Source: Octopus sinensis
Taxonomy: Eukaryota
Assembly (NCBI RefSeq): GCF_006345805.1
Contig: NC_042998.1
Coordinates: forward strand, 114,266,001 to 114,330,000
Reading direction: 5' to 3'
DNA length: 64,000 nucleotides
A program made the position numbers and the translations under genes. Shown one piece after another: positions 27,050 to 40,477 of the stretch; positions within the stretch are counted from its first letter, which is position 1, and every line of letters starts with the position of its first letter. The notes below the pieces were generated by a model. That model saw nothing but the letters and a program-made list of their open reading frames with translations, was not told where the DNA came from and did not search any database.

Positions 27050-27889
27050 AACGATGAGGAGGTTACATGATGATGAAAATGATGACTACAAACACAGCAC
27101 TGCTGTTGCTGCTGCTGCTGCTGATGATGATGATGATAATTGTGGCGGTGTTAACCAGGATAGCAACTTTGATGGTAATGATGATGATGATGATGATGAT
27201 AATGATGATTATAGATGATGGCGATAATGATAACGATAGTAATCCCGATACTCTACTCATGATGATGACAACAGTGGTGATTACGGTGAAACATAGAATA
27301 ACGAACAGGAAACATCGATGGGTGGAGAAGTTGGCCGACAAAAATCTTGAAACAAAGACATAAAAAAAACTCGCGATACAAAAACATCTTCATTAATATT
27401 TTGTTTAAATATTCTAGTTTTAGCATCAAAATCAAAATCAGTATACATACATGCATAAATATGTATATATTTATAAGTATATATACATTTACATATATAT
27501 ATATATACATATATATACATTTATATTCACACACACACACATATACATATATATATATACATATATATATGTATATATATATACATATATATACATGTGC
27601 TTTTATATATATATGTATATGAATGTATATCAATATACATCTGTCTGTGTATGCATGTACACATATACTTACACATATATAAACACACATACACACATAT
27701 ATATATACATATACGTATAAATGCATATATAGTTACATATATATTGTATGTGTGTGTATGTATATATTTATATATATAAATACACATCTATATGTGTATG
27801 TGTATAAGTTTTAAAAGTATGCCTTTCTATAATTCCATATCCATATACAAATGTACGTGACTTCATACGTATTTCTATCTATCTATCTG

Positions 27890-27946
<57 letters not shown>

Positions 27947-28411
27947 TTATTTATCTATCAATCAATTTCTTTCTATGTATGTATGTTAACATATAATTAC
28001 ATGTATATATGCATATGTAGTGTGGAGTGGTGCATACACATATACATGTATATAAACATCCCCACACCACCACCACAAGTAGAAGAAGAAGAAGAGAAAA
28101 ACAACAACAACCAATAAATGATAATGATGATGATAATGGCGCTGGGTAGTGTTCAGGGAATCGAACGTACTGACATTATTCTTCTTTTTCTCAGTATATT
28201 TATTTGTTTTTATTCTGATTGTTATTGTTTTATATTAGCATTATGCTACATTTGGTTTATCATTAGCGGATTCTAAATATTTTCCCGAAGATTTTAAAAA
28301 AGAACGTCAGAAAGAAAACAAAAATCTTAACAAAAAATATCACAAATGAGACATTGGTATTTGATGCTTGTATTGTAACGAACAAATCTGTAAGTTTACA
28401 TCTTTGTAATC

Positions 28412-28477
<66 letters not shown>

Positions 28478-28523
28478 CGTTGTTGATATTTTGTAAATAT
28501 TTTTATTGATTTCAACATTATTG

Positions 28524-28591
<68 letters not shown>

Positions 28592-29053
28592 GCAACTACT
28601 ACTACTGCTGCTGCTGCTTCTGCTGCCACTGCTACTTCTACTACTCCTTTTGCTGCTGCTACTTCTGTTGTTGGTTAATCATAATCGATATGCTTGTATA
28701 ATTGTTACAAAATCTGTTTTGAGATATTTTACAGGCAACTACATACGTACAAACATACATACATACATACATACATACATGCATATACATATATATATTT
28801 ATATTTATACACACACATATTTATGCATACGTATGTATATGTATATACACACACTTACACACACACAGACACACACAGACACACACAGACACACAGACAC
28901 ACAGACACACAAACACACAGATACATATTATAGTATTAATGCTATATTATTCTTATTATCTTTAGACAAATTCAAAAGAAATATTCAGACACTAAGCTAA
29001 AGCGATATAAAAGAATATGGAAGAATCTATTCTAAAGCTGCTGACTGATAGCG

Positions 29054-29085
<32 letters not shown>

Positions 29086-29120
29086 CTGCGTATATAGATA
29101 CCTATACATATATCTGTGTG

Positions 29121-29177
<57 letters not shown>

Positions 29178-29210
29178 ATACACACACACATATATATATG
29201 TATATTGAGA
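27050..29210. repeat. Microsatellite field: (GAT)n, (TA)n, (CTAT)n, (ATT)n at 28410-28460, (TAC)n grading into (TGC)n at 28520-28665, (CA/CAGA)n
   Basis: Directly visible. Confidence 0.92.
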
Positions 29211-30651
29211 GAGAAAGCAGAGAGATACGGAAAGAAAAGGTGAGTTAGAGCAGCATAGAAAGATAGAAAAAAATGGAAAGGAACAGCAAGAGATAAGATA
29301 GAATGATCTACAAATATCAATAAATAAAGAAATAAATGAAACTAAGAAGAAACAGGACAGGCAAGAAATAGTGAGAATGAAACGGTGACAGACTGAAGAT
29401 GTCAGAGCCACAAATGTAGGGACAGATAGACTGGCGGACAGACAATCTACATAGGCAGTAAGAAGAATTGATTTAGCATTCAATTTACCAACAAGAGCAC
29501 AATGATAAATAGTCATATCAACATGTATTTTACTGACGACCTAACTCCGGTGAGTGTCTCAATAATATTGCACCTAAGAGAGTGAAGTACATAAGGTAGA
29601 ACGGTCTAGAAAAATTGAATACCATTATTAAATATATTGCAATTGCTAATATTGTGCCTGATGGTTCTCAGATCAAATGACATTGGGGTCACCTTCGTCT
29701 ATTGTACCTTCGTAACTTAGTAATTTACTTGTAGGGGTCGCTACCAATAAGTTAGTATATTCTTCCTGTACAAACGTGGACGTGTTTCTACTTTTACATA
29801 TCTATATCTCCATGTATGTATTTAGGTAAGTATATATGTATGTGTGTGTACTCATGCACGCATATGTACAAGTGTGCGTGCACGCGTTTGAGTGTATATT
29901 TGAGATTAGAAATCAGCGGAAAAAACTTCTCTGTAGAAGTATTATTGGAAAAGCTTTCATAGAAGCGCCTAGATGTCACTTTATAGCATTTTCCTGTTTA
30001 ATCATGCAACTAGCGTGATCAACGATAAACACAAAATTCTGAGTAACAGATAGTAGGACGTTTGGGACATACAGATACACGCACTCACATACCCTCACAC
30101 ACATACGCGCGCGCGCACACACACACACACATCGCTATGGCATTCCTAGAGAAATGCATTCAGTAAGATAGCGAATGCTAAGGTGGGATAGTGGCCTAAG
30201 AAAAGATCAGTGGACGGCTTCAATGGTTTGCTATGTCACGTGCTTAGGCGATGGAAGATGGCCCGGAGCAGCAGTTAAAATTCCCATCACACGGATTTGG
30301 CTGATATTTTGCCTTCTGAGGCAACAAAGGCCACTAATTCTAATGAATTTGACTGTGTCATGGAAGACAATGATCTAGAAATCGCGTTCTCAAAACGTTG
30401 GAAACCAGATATTTTTCATCGCATGTGGGTAGTCAAGAACTCGTTGGTCATTCCCAGAATAAGGTCTATGGAACATTACAAGAATGAATAGGACAAACGT
30501 CAAATGCAATAATACACCTATCTTACAGCAGAGAAAACATCTGAAAAGAGCTGATCGATGCGTACATAGACTGCTACTTGGAAATATGGTTACGCTTGAT
30601 CTATCTAGGTTGCATTGTCTGTATGAGAATATATATATATATATGTATATT

Positions 30652-30821
30652 CTCGTTTCCTCGACATAGAATCTACATCGCTTTTTGTTAAACTTTACTT
30701 TCATTCCAATCTAACACTCCATATACCTCTAAATTTTCTTACCAATTGCATTCAATCGTTAAATAAAATTTGTCTGAGTCCCATTACTTACACTGCGAAT
30801 TTTGTATTTGAATTAAAGTGA
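30652..30821 (+). repeat. 170-bp direct duplication, copy 1
   Basis: Matches 31817-31986 with 5 substitutions. Confidence 0.93.
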
Positions 30822-30910
30822 AGAGAACCAATGCTATCTGTGTGTATGTGTGTGTGTGTGTGTATGTATATATATATATATATACATACAAACACACACA
30901 CACACACACA

Positions 30911-30950
<40 letters not shown>

Positions 30951-31023
30951 TATATATATATTATATATATATATATATATTATATATATATATATATTAT
31001 ATATATATATATATGTGCTGCTG

Positions 31024-31253
31024 AGACCCCCTTCGGTCATGATTGGCCATGGGATTGCACCTAGAAAGTTACCCCACCAGGCACAAGTCCGGGCAAGGTT
31101 GTTTATGGAAGACCAGCAGTCGCCATGCACACCAGCCTCTCCTCTCCACGCCACAGATATTATCCAAGGGAAAGGCAAAGGCCGATACACCTTGGCACCT
31201 TTGACGCCGCAACTCATTTCTACAGCTGAGTGAACTTGAGCAACGTGAAATAA
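31024..31253 (-). mobile_element. SINE family E 3' portion (5'-truncated)
   Basis: actcatttctacagctgagtgaacttgagcaacgtgaaa matches the core at 42209-42250. The remainder is a repeat I recognise as cephalopod. Confidence 0.75.
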
Positions 31254-31500
31254 TGTATGTGTATATATACAATTTATTGAGATTTTCTACTGATGAGGGA
31301 AAAATCCATAGGATTAATCCCAAAACTGATTCAACGTACAAATAACTGATTTAAAAAAAAAATTCTCGATTTCAGTACGACGTGTATTTATAGTGAATTT
31401 ATATTGAAATGTGGTTGACGATTTAAAGTCTGTTCTCAGCATATTGGGATAGAAATATTTTTTCTTTTGCTCTTGTTTATAAATTGTTTATAATTTTAAC
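31254..31500 (+). mobile_element. Short repeat family 2 (Penelope-LTR-like) with hammerhead-like relic
   Basis: CTGATGA at 31290-31296, helix ggga-aa-aatcc-ata-ggatt-aa-tccc at 31297-31321, then AAAA. Downstream is similar to 21150-21290. Confidence 0.6.
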
Positions 31501-31601
31501 CGTTAAAGGTATTTTAATATGCTGCCACTTTTGATGAAATTTTTTCTGGAAAAAAGTTTTATCCTATATTAGTAGTAAATATATATATATACACACACAC
31601 A

Positions 31602-31706
<105 letters not shown>

Positions 31707-31816
31707 TTATCATGTAGTAACTGAAATTTGGACAGGATTTAAAATACTATTCGTCTATTCGTGTGTCATCCAGCCGTGTTTTGGGTGGCGTGAAACACGA
31801 AAGTATTTACAAGAAA

Positions 31817-31986
31817 CTCGTTTCGTCGACATAGAATCTACATCGCTTTTTGTTAAACTTTACTTTCATTCCAATCTAACACTCCATATACCTCTAAATT
31901 TTCTTACCAATTGCATTCAATCGTTAAATAAAATTTGTCTGAGTCTCATTGCTTGCACTGCGAATTTTGTATTTGAATTAAGGTGA
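31817..31986 (+). repeat. 170-bp direct duplication, copy 2
   Basis: See copy 1; offset 1165 nt. Confidence 0.93.
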
Positions 31987-32362
31987 CTAGAATCGATATA
32001 CGTGCCACTAAAATGCAAATGAATGAGCAATGAATTTAAAATAATTTAGAAAAATAATTGTTTGTAATTAACCATGAGAATGTAGTCATCGATTTTGCCC
32101 TCCTCCAAAAGTTCTGGTCCTGGGGTTCAAGTAAACCTCATTAAATTGTATCTTTTGAAAACTGCTATATAAGTTACTAAGGCAGCAAAACTTATCGGGT
32201 CTTTCATTGAATGGCTTAAAAATATTTAATGCAGTACTTTTAATAGCTGTGTTCAGATCCTGCCAAAAAGTGTTTTCCTTAACGTTATGGATTCTACTCC
32301 TTGAACAGAAGAAAATAAAAACATATTGTGAGTGAGAAAGAGTAATATATATATATATATAT

Positions 32363-32446
32363 ATTGCGGAGATGTACTTGCATAGCAAGTGACCTGATCA
32401 GAGATCGTGTGCTGGAACGAAAAGAATTGCAGCGTGGAAGGTGTTG
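32363..32446. mobile_element. Short interspersed repeat fragment embedded in (TA)n
   Basis: GC-richer 80-bp island (gcggagatgtacttgcatagcaagtgacctgatc...) that I recall as an octopus repeat. No second copy in the window. Confidence 0.4.
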
Positions 32447-33984
32447 CTATATATATATATATATAGGTATGTATATTATACGTACGTGTTTGTGTGTGTA
32501 CGTGTGTACGCACATACGTACAGAGTGAAATATGAATTAATAGAGGGCGACTAGTTACATGATTGAAAAAGAAAGTGGGGACGACAGAAACACATTGGGA
32601 AATAGAGAGAGGTGATGGATAGAGCACAGTGAAATGATAGCATGTTATACAGAGTTAATAAAATGAAACAAAAAGATAAGTGAAATAAGTTTTATGATTC
32701 CCAATACTCTATGATTCTTTATATTATGATATACATACATAAACGCATAGACACACACACATACTTGCGTACAGGTGTGTATGTATGACTATATATATGT
32801 TTGTAATATGTGTGTATATGTGTGAGTGAGTATATGTGTGTGTGTAAGTGAGTGTGTGTGTGTGAGTGAGTGAGCATGTGTGCGTGCGTATGTCAGAGTG
32901 TGTTTGTGCTGTAGGTAAATTATGATATCCTGATATCTTTTATGATAAATTAGAAAACAAAAAATCTAAAACGATAGCAATTGAAATAATAACTTTGAAA
33001 TTTCTTCTTAATTTAAGAAAATCATTCCTCATTTCAAATTCTGATGGAATTTGTCATACTATCTATATACTTAAATACAAGCGTATATTTGTGTGTATGT
33101 ATGCGTGTATAAGTGCGTATTTACACACACACACGCGCGCATACACTCACACGTACGCGCACACTCACACCCACATGCACCCCCCCCCACACAGTTGACA
33201 GAATGTAGTTGATAGAAAGAATAAATAAAAAATATAGATTCGTGCATCCATATGCAAATATACATATATGTACATATATATGCTTACATATATACATACA
33301 TGTATACATATCTGCCATACATACAGACAAATACATACACACATTCACACACACACACACACACATCTATATATTGTGTGTGAGTAAGTGAATAGAAGTT
33401 TTCTGAAATTAAATTCTGATAGTAATTCTTTTGATAAACAATGAAAAGAAAGAGGGATAACTTTTTTTCTTTCCTCAAATCTGAAATTTTAGATCAGTGA
33501 GTAAATAAATAAAATAAATAGACTGAAATTACGAATTAAAAATAAAAATCGAATATGAAGTCTGCAAAAATGCGATAAAGGTGTGTCCGAGTTTCAGAAA
33601 TCGTGCTTTACTTTTGCATAGAGCAATAGGAAATAGGAAACTCGTCAACCCAGCCTCCAAGACACGACACACGGTCAGTGGTTGAAATCGTTTCCGTGAC
33701 TCAACTTAAGCTACCTGTGACGCCATTGTTTCCCGCCTGAAGTACATCTCATCTCAAAATGGCTGCAAAGAATGAGAAGGCGTAGTACAACAGTGTGAGA
33801 TTTGATAAATATTTTATCTAACCTCTTAATTTGATTATTATTAACTGACGAAAAATTCGTGTCATCTAACGAAAAGTATATAAAAAATTTCTAAAGTCAT
33901 GATGTTATTTAATGCAAGAATTATTAATACTAATGACAATAGTAAATACAAGTAAATCACGCTAATAGCAATGACACACCATAA

Positions 33985-34059
33985 TAGAAATAACAACAAC
34001 AGCAACCACAACAACAACAATATAATGATGATGATGATGGTGATGATGATGATGATGAT

Positions 34060-34106
<47 letters not shown>

Positions 34107-34204
34107 TAATAATAATAATAATAACAATAATAATAATAATAATAATAACAATAATAATAATAACAATAATATAATAATAATAATAACAATAATAATAATA
34201 ATAC

Positions 34205-34244
<40 letters not shown>

Positions 34245-34367
34245 TAATAATAATAATAATATAATGATAATGATAATAATAATAACAATAATAATAATAA
34301 TAATAATAACAATAATAATAATAACAATAATAATAATAATAATAATAACAATAATAATAATAATAAC

Positions 34368-34444
<77 letters not shown>

Positions 34445-34470
34445 CAACAACAACAATGATAATAATGATA
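33985..34470. repeat. Long (AAT)n/(AAC)n/(GAT)n tract
   Basis: Directly visible. Confidence 0.97.
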
Positions 34471-36284
34471 TTAGCAGCCCTCATAAAAAGGATTATAAAA
34501 TGACTAATAATGATAAGAAATCAACTAAAAATACGATAAAAACGCACGTTTTGTGTTAGACACTTATATTTCTGTATTCCTATGTTTTTATTTTATCTAT
34601 GTACATTCTTTTATATGAAATCTTCTTCACAACTTTTCTAGAGTTGGAGGATAAGTTACATGTGGCAGTGATAGGCACATTCGTGATCACTTCCACACAT
34701 ATACACACTCGCATATACACATGCACACAACACGCATGCATACATATTCACGTATGTGTATTTATGAATGTATGTATACCTACTTGTATATACATGCATA
34801 AAAACACATATGTGAATATGTATGTATCTGAGTCGTGTATGTATGTGAGTATGTAAGTATGTGTGTATGTATGTATGTATTTATCTATGTATGTATATAT
34901 GTATATATATACATATACATGCATACATAGATACATACATACATACACAAACATATATATATATATATACATATATACATACATATACATACATACATAT
35001 ACATACATACATACATACATATATATATATGTACATACATGCATTTATATATAAACCTAATAATTGTCAAGGTGTAATATTGATTACATCAGGGTGAGAT
35101 GAAGTAAAATCATTGTGCTACGATGTGCTTATGTGCTGTAAGTTCGAATTCTATAGGAGCATATGATATGGGATTTTAGCATTGTGTGAAATTTAAATTG
35201 ATACCAACGCGTTTGGACAAGCCTGATCGCATTTATATTTCCTAAAGAATAATATTTGCCACTATACGAATAATTTTACCCAAACTCATTTGGCACCAAA
35301 TGATCCAATCTGAGATCCATATGAAAATATAACTCAAAGCATATAACTGGTTAACGACATCACATTTCTCCCTTACCTGGTTCTGTTTTATTCAACGTAT
35401 ACTCGAAAGAAATCAAAGACGTAAAATATCATAATCTCGAAAATCTCGAAAGGGTACATAGAAAAATATATTTAAGAAAGAACAAACAATCTACCGACGC
35501 TCGGTTGTTTCATCTAACATTGACTTCCCACTAGGGTGATGTGCAGTGGCTCAAAATATTACTTTAGTCCATTTCCTCGGGCGGTCTAATCAGTTAGTCA
35601 CGTTATAGCGTTTGTACTTTCGGTTCTGGCAGTACAGCCTCATTGTTTCACATTGTTGTAATAGGTCACCATCGTAGTTGACTTCCTTTTCTTTTCTTTC
35701 TTTTTTTCTATTCTTGGTAAGGTAAGACGATGATACAATCATGGACGTAGATATTAACAAAATAAAAATCTAGAGCAATGTATAAATACTGAGTGTTTTA
35801 CTGATGTGTAGCAATCTAGAAATAGCCACTGTCACTGGCCACGTGCCAAAGCAATAACCGCAATGTGTTTTTTTTTTGTACACATTATGAAATACATAGT
35901 CAAATCTCTAAATTAAACCTCAGTACTCTGAGAACCGTGTGAGGCATTGTACAATGTGGTCATAAATATACAAAATGACGGGTTAGTTAGCGCTGGAAAC
36001 CCATTGACCAAAGCTCTCCTCGACATACTGTAACCTACGCCTAAACAACAACAACTGTAACCAATCCGACTTTTTACATAGTTATGAAACATGATCCGCG
36101 TTAAGACCTGTTTCTAAATACTGGTCTACATCGGCCAATAGATTATCAAATTAGTGACGTATCTAACAACAGCTTTGATTGATTTGTGCAGGATAGTGGT
36201 TGTGTAGATATGATAGCTATTTAATATCATAATGGGTGTTAAAGTGTAGGCTTAAGCCAGTATACTGGCTTTAACCGGTGCTTT

Positions 36285-36387
36285 TGGACTATCAGTTGTC
36301 TGATTATTTGGACCGTCATTTAGTTGTCTGATTAGTTGGATTGTCATTTAGTTGTCTGATTAGTTGGACTGTCATTTAGTTGTCTGA
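36285..36387. repeat. 28-bp minisatellite, about 3.5 units (agttgtctgattagttggactgtcattt)
   Basis: agttgtctga recurs at 36294, 36322, 36350 and 36378. Confidence 0.93.
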
Positions 36388-37423
36388 CGCCTAATTGACT
36401 TCTCAAGACGTCGTTTGTTTTATTTCTTAAAACATATGTTTAAGGCAAGAATGACAATTTACTCAACTATGACATATATTATGAAGGAATGCAGAGATTT
36501 AGAAATGCCTTCTATTGAAACTTGATTCGCTATCGTCACTTTTAATTGCATCGATTATTTTTCTTTAAAAAAGTTATCACTTTCTTTTTCTCTCCCTTTT
36601 TAAAATACTAATTATGTTTAGGATAGAATTTAACGCATAACATATGTGATATATTTATTAGTGATGAAAACTTACTTGATTACTAAAATCCTCTCTGGGT
36701 AGACTTCATAATCACTAATATGGTACAGGTATCATATAGATAGAGAAAGAAAATGGAATTCATGAGACTCTTTATGATTCACTACGATCGTTTTGGCCCA
36801 TCTTGCATGGTGCTACGTAGGTAAGATACCGTGAACACAGTTATGGTGCATCATAGACTGCAGATGTATCTCATCAGGTGACTTGTCAAAAGGTATCTCG
36901 TTTTTTAATCTCAGTTTCGCTTATTTGGATTAGAATATATTATGGTAGTTGTATTTCTCTACTCATCTACACGGAAATCTGGCTTGTAACGAAGAATACT
37001 TCTCGCATAAGTAATATAACCCAGTTTCTCATGTAGAAGTGTAGCGACACGAATGAATTCCTGAAGTAAATCCAGTGGCATTTACATCCATGATGTTGAG
37101 GACATCAGTTAGCCGAATACAGTGAACAGGCTTTACAAACTGTTTACAAGCTGTATACCCAAATTTAATTGTTCGCTGATGAAAACGATGAAAAGTTACT
37201 GGGATAAAAATAGAACGTTGGGCCATACTTGTGATTGTTACCAGAGTGTGTCAAAGGTTACTGCATCAACCCATGCTAACAATCCTGCGATTTGTCGAGG
37301 ACACGAGAAAGGGGTGGAGACCATAGTGGGTCAGTTTACCTATATGCAACGAGATTCAGTGCATTATATACATCACGTCTTGTATACACACCATTCAGGA
37401 TGTTATATATATATATATATATA

Positions 37424-37660
37424 ACGGGAAGCTTTATGAAAATAAACAAAAGACGAAGGCAGGTGGAATACAAACAAACAATTGTATTAGTATGGCGCTC
37501 AGGAATATAAATAAAACAAGTCTTTTACGTTTCGAGCCTACGCTCTTCAACAGAAAGATACACAGAAAAGAAACACGGAGAGAAACAAAGAGAGAAAAAA
37601 AGTGCGTGAAGAAGCTAGCGAATCAATATGGCGATCTGATTCCGGCCAGAAGTCAGAGAT
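37424..37660 (-). mobile_element. Short non-autonomous repeat family 1 (Penelope-LTR-like) carrying a hammerhead-like motif
   Basis: Colinear with 44766-44957 and the reverse complement of 54325-54470. Begins at a (TA)n tract. Confidence 0.8.
37520..37558 (-). ncRNA. Minimal type-I hammerhead ribozyme-like motif, variant core
   Basis: Sense: tcttt-CTGTTGA-A-gagc(gtag)gctc-GAA-ACGT-A-aaagac. Helix I tcttt/aaaga, helix II 4 bp, self-palindromic helix III ACGT, NUH = GUA. Confidence 0.6.
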
Positions 37661-38597
37661 CATATACAATAGATCATTATATATACATTTTTTTCTTTAT
37701 ATACGCCAGATATCGTTGGATATAGATATGTGCATCATAGCACATAATAGTGTGTAGGTTATAAAACACTCGGTGTGATATATACGCCATGTATAACTGA
37801 ACATTCAAGATTCTGCACGTTATTTGCACAGTAAGTCATTAAGTATACCGCAATTAAATATAAAACAATGCGTTTTACACATGAGAAAATAAATGTACAT
37901 ATTTTCAATCAGCCTTCATTTGCGAAATGATATTTGTAAGATATAAATTGCTATTATCATTCCGTCGGAATAAAATTGAAAGTTTCCTTCGAAGTTATGT
38001 TACTATAGTTATAATGACGGATGGATTAAGAAGAATGCAAAACACCAACAACAAAAAAATTAATAGCGAAAACCTAATCTACACATAAACACTCATAAAA
38101 CACAACAAATAGTAAAGTAACAAAATATTGTAAAACAATCGCCATATTGTCAAAAACATTTAAAGTAGACATAAGAAATTAATCACCTCCCTAGTTTCGG
38201 ATTGAAGATAGAAAGAGATAGATGTAATCATACAAATTACTCCGAGTAGTTTTGTATAGACGTTTCCTATTTATTTATTTTGTGTTCCTTTTTATTTTAT
38301 ATTTATTTGTTTCATTTTTATGTTGTTATTGTTTTGTTTCAAATATATCCATTTGGTGTTCGTGTAGTTTATCGTTATATAACGGCGCGAGAGGAACTAT
38401 CAGTCCATCGATCAGTAAGATTGATTGAGAACTGGAAAATATGTCTAAAATAATGACGGAGATTCCAATATAGTTGAGGAAGATCTCGAGGTAGATAACT
38501 AATGTTGCTGCTTTTAATCATTTCACGACACCAACAACATCAACAAATCGACAGTTATATAAAGACATCACAAAAACGACAAAACATGCCAATTCTT

Positions 38598-38815
38598 CTT
38601 CTTCTTTCTTCTTCTTCTTCTTCTTCTTCTTCTTCTCTTCTTCTTCTTCTTCTTCTTCTTCTTCTTCTTCTTCTTCTCTTCTTCTTCTTCATCTGCTGCT
38701 GCTGCATCTCATCGCCTTCCTCCTCCCCTCTTCCTTCCCTGCCCCTTTCCTTTATAGTCCTCCACTTCTCATCCATCTCCACTCTTCATCCTCCTCCTCC
38801 ATTCTTCATCGTCGA

Positions 38816-38879
<64 letters not shown>

Positions 38880-38880
38880 G
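38598..38880. repeat. (CTT)n, (CCT)-rich and (ATT)n tracts
   Basis: Directly visible. Confidence 0.95.
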
Positions 38881-39380
38881 AGTAAAGGAGCAGTGTATGC
38901 TATCAATGTGACACTGGGGTACAAAAATACGAAGCCCAGTATACCCATCATGACTACCCGTCTAATAACAGTACATCAGGTACATGCATCACAACCATGT
39001 GTGCACATGATGATTTCACATAATGATAAACAGCGCATGACCCTGTAGGTGGGGCCCAGTTAGAACTTTCTTCGGGTCGAGTAGCCCATCCTGCTCAAAA
39101 GATCCATAAATGAGGGTTGTTTAAGGATGTTGAACAAAACACCCCTGTTTCCAGAGATGAATTATCCAAACCCCCCAAAATTCCTCTCAACACATGGCCA
39201 TGATGTTTCCCCAACTACTTCAGCTCGTGGCCAAAAGTGCACGTATCGTCAGCCACTAAGGGACATACTCTACTGCTTAAGGCCAAACAACTGACAAGCA
39301 AAAATGTGGTGTCGAGCAGAATATTTACTGTAGCCATCTTTTATACCTAAACAAAAAAACATTGTACAAGATAATCGGTT
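38881..39380 (-). mobile_element. About 500-bp non-autonomous retroposon-like repeat ending in an (AAT)n tail
   Basis: High-complexity, GC-richer block between (ATT)n arrays that I recall as an abundant octopus repeat. Polarity is inferred from the (AAT)n tract on the minus strand. Confidence 0.6.
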
Positions 39381-39405
39381 AAGATCAGGACAACTATTAT
39401 TATTA

Positions 39406-39502
<97 letters not shown>

Positions 39503-40209
39503 TCATTGGCCGACTCGGGAAAATGTCGAACCAAATGGCTTTCACTGTTACTGTTGGGGGTTCTGTTCAGTTCTTGGTTAGATAGCTGTTCTGTTATGTC
39601 CATTTAAGGATGATTAATTAATGATAACAGTGATAGCGCTGACGATGACGATGATAGCCATGACGATGACGACAACGACGATGATGCCGACGACAACAAC
39701 GACAACGACAACGACGTGCTGATATTAGTGGTGATGGTATTAATGGTCGTAGGATTGATGATGATGTTGATGATGATGATGATAATGATGACGAAGCGGA
39801 AAACTGAGAGGAGGATACAGATCATGATGATGATCGTAATGATCGTAATGGTTGTGATGTTTCCAAGGATGATGAGGAAGGTGAGGACGAAAATTATCAC
39901 TTAAAGAAATCCACCCACATGATAACATCGTTTACTAGCACTAATACTGAATATCCCATGAGATACTCTACGTCATTGCTGACTGAACCTTTCTCATACA
40001 AATCACTGCCTGTTATTGTTGAATGATGTAACTTGATCCTCAATACAGTATGTCTTAAAAATACGCAGGGTTGATACAGCGGCAATAATATTTTGTAACT
40101 GTTCTGATAGGTAAATGATAACCACAAAACAACGACAACAACAATCACAACAGGGCCAATAAATGCTTGGGATTTAGTCACGGAACTACCAGCAGCATTG
40201 TTAATCGAT

Positions 40210-40311
40210 AACATTTACCAATAGCTTGACTGGTCCCTTGTTTCATCGACCCGAAATGAAGAAAGTTGATTTGAATTCAGAACGTACAGAGCCTACGAAC
40301 ATTTTGTCTGC
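40210..40311 (-). mobile_element. SINE family A fragment
   Basis: ttcatcgacccgaaa...tttgaattcagaacgta. Confidence 0.65.
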
Positions 40312-40367
40312 TAATACTAATACTAATAATACTAATAGTAATAATAATTAAAATAATAATAATAATA

Positions 40368-40402
<35 letters not shown>

Positions 40403-40415
40403 AATAATAATAATA

Positions 40416-40467
<52 letters not shown>

Positions 40468-40477
40468 CCTTTCTACT

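Noticed and set aside
36285-36387. CRISPR-like array (also 11989-12064)
   Set aside because: The repeats are contiguous with no unique spacers, the context is eukaryotic, and there are no cas genes.
37122-37424. 100-aa ORF with an overlapping antisense ORF
   Set aside because: No recognisable motif and it ends in (TA)n; consistent with chance.
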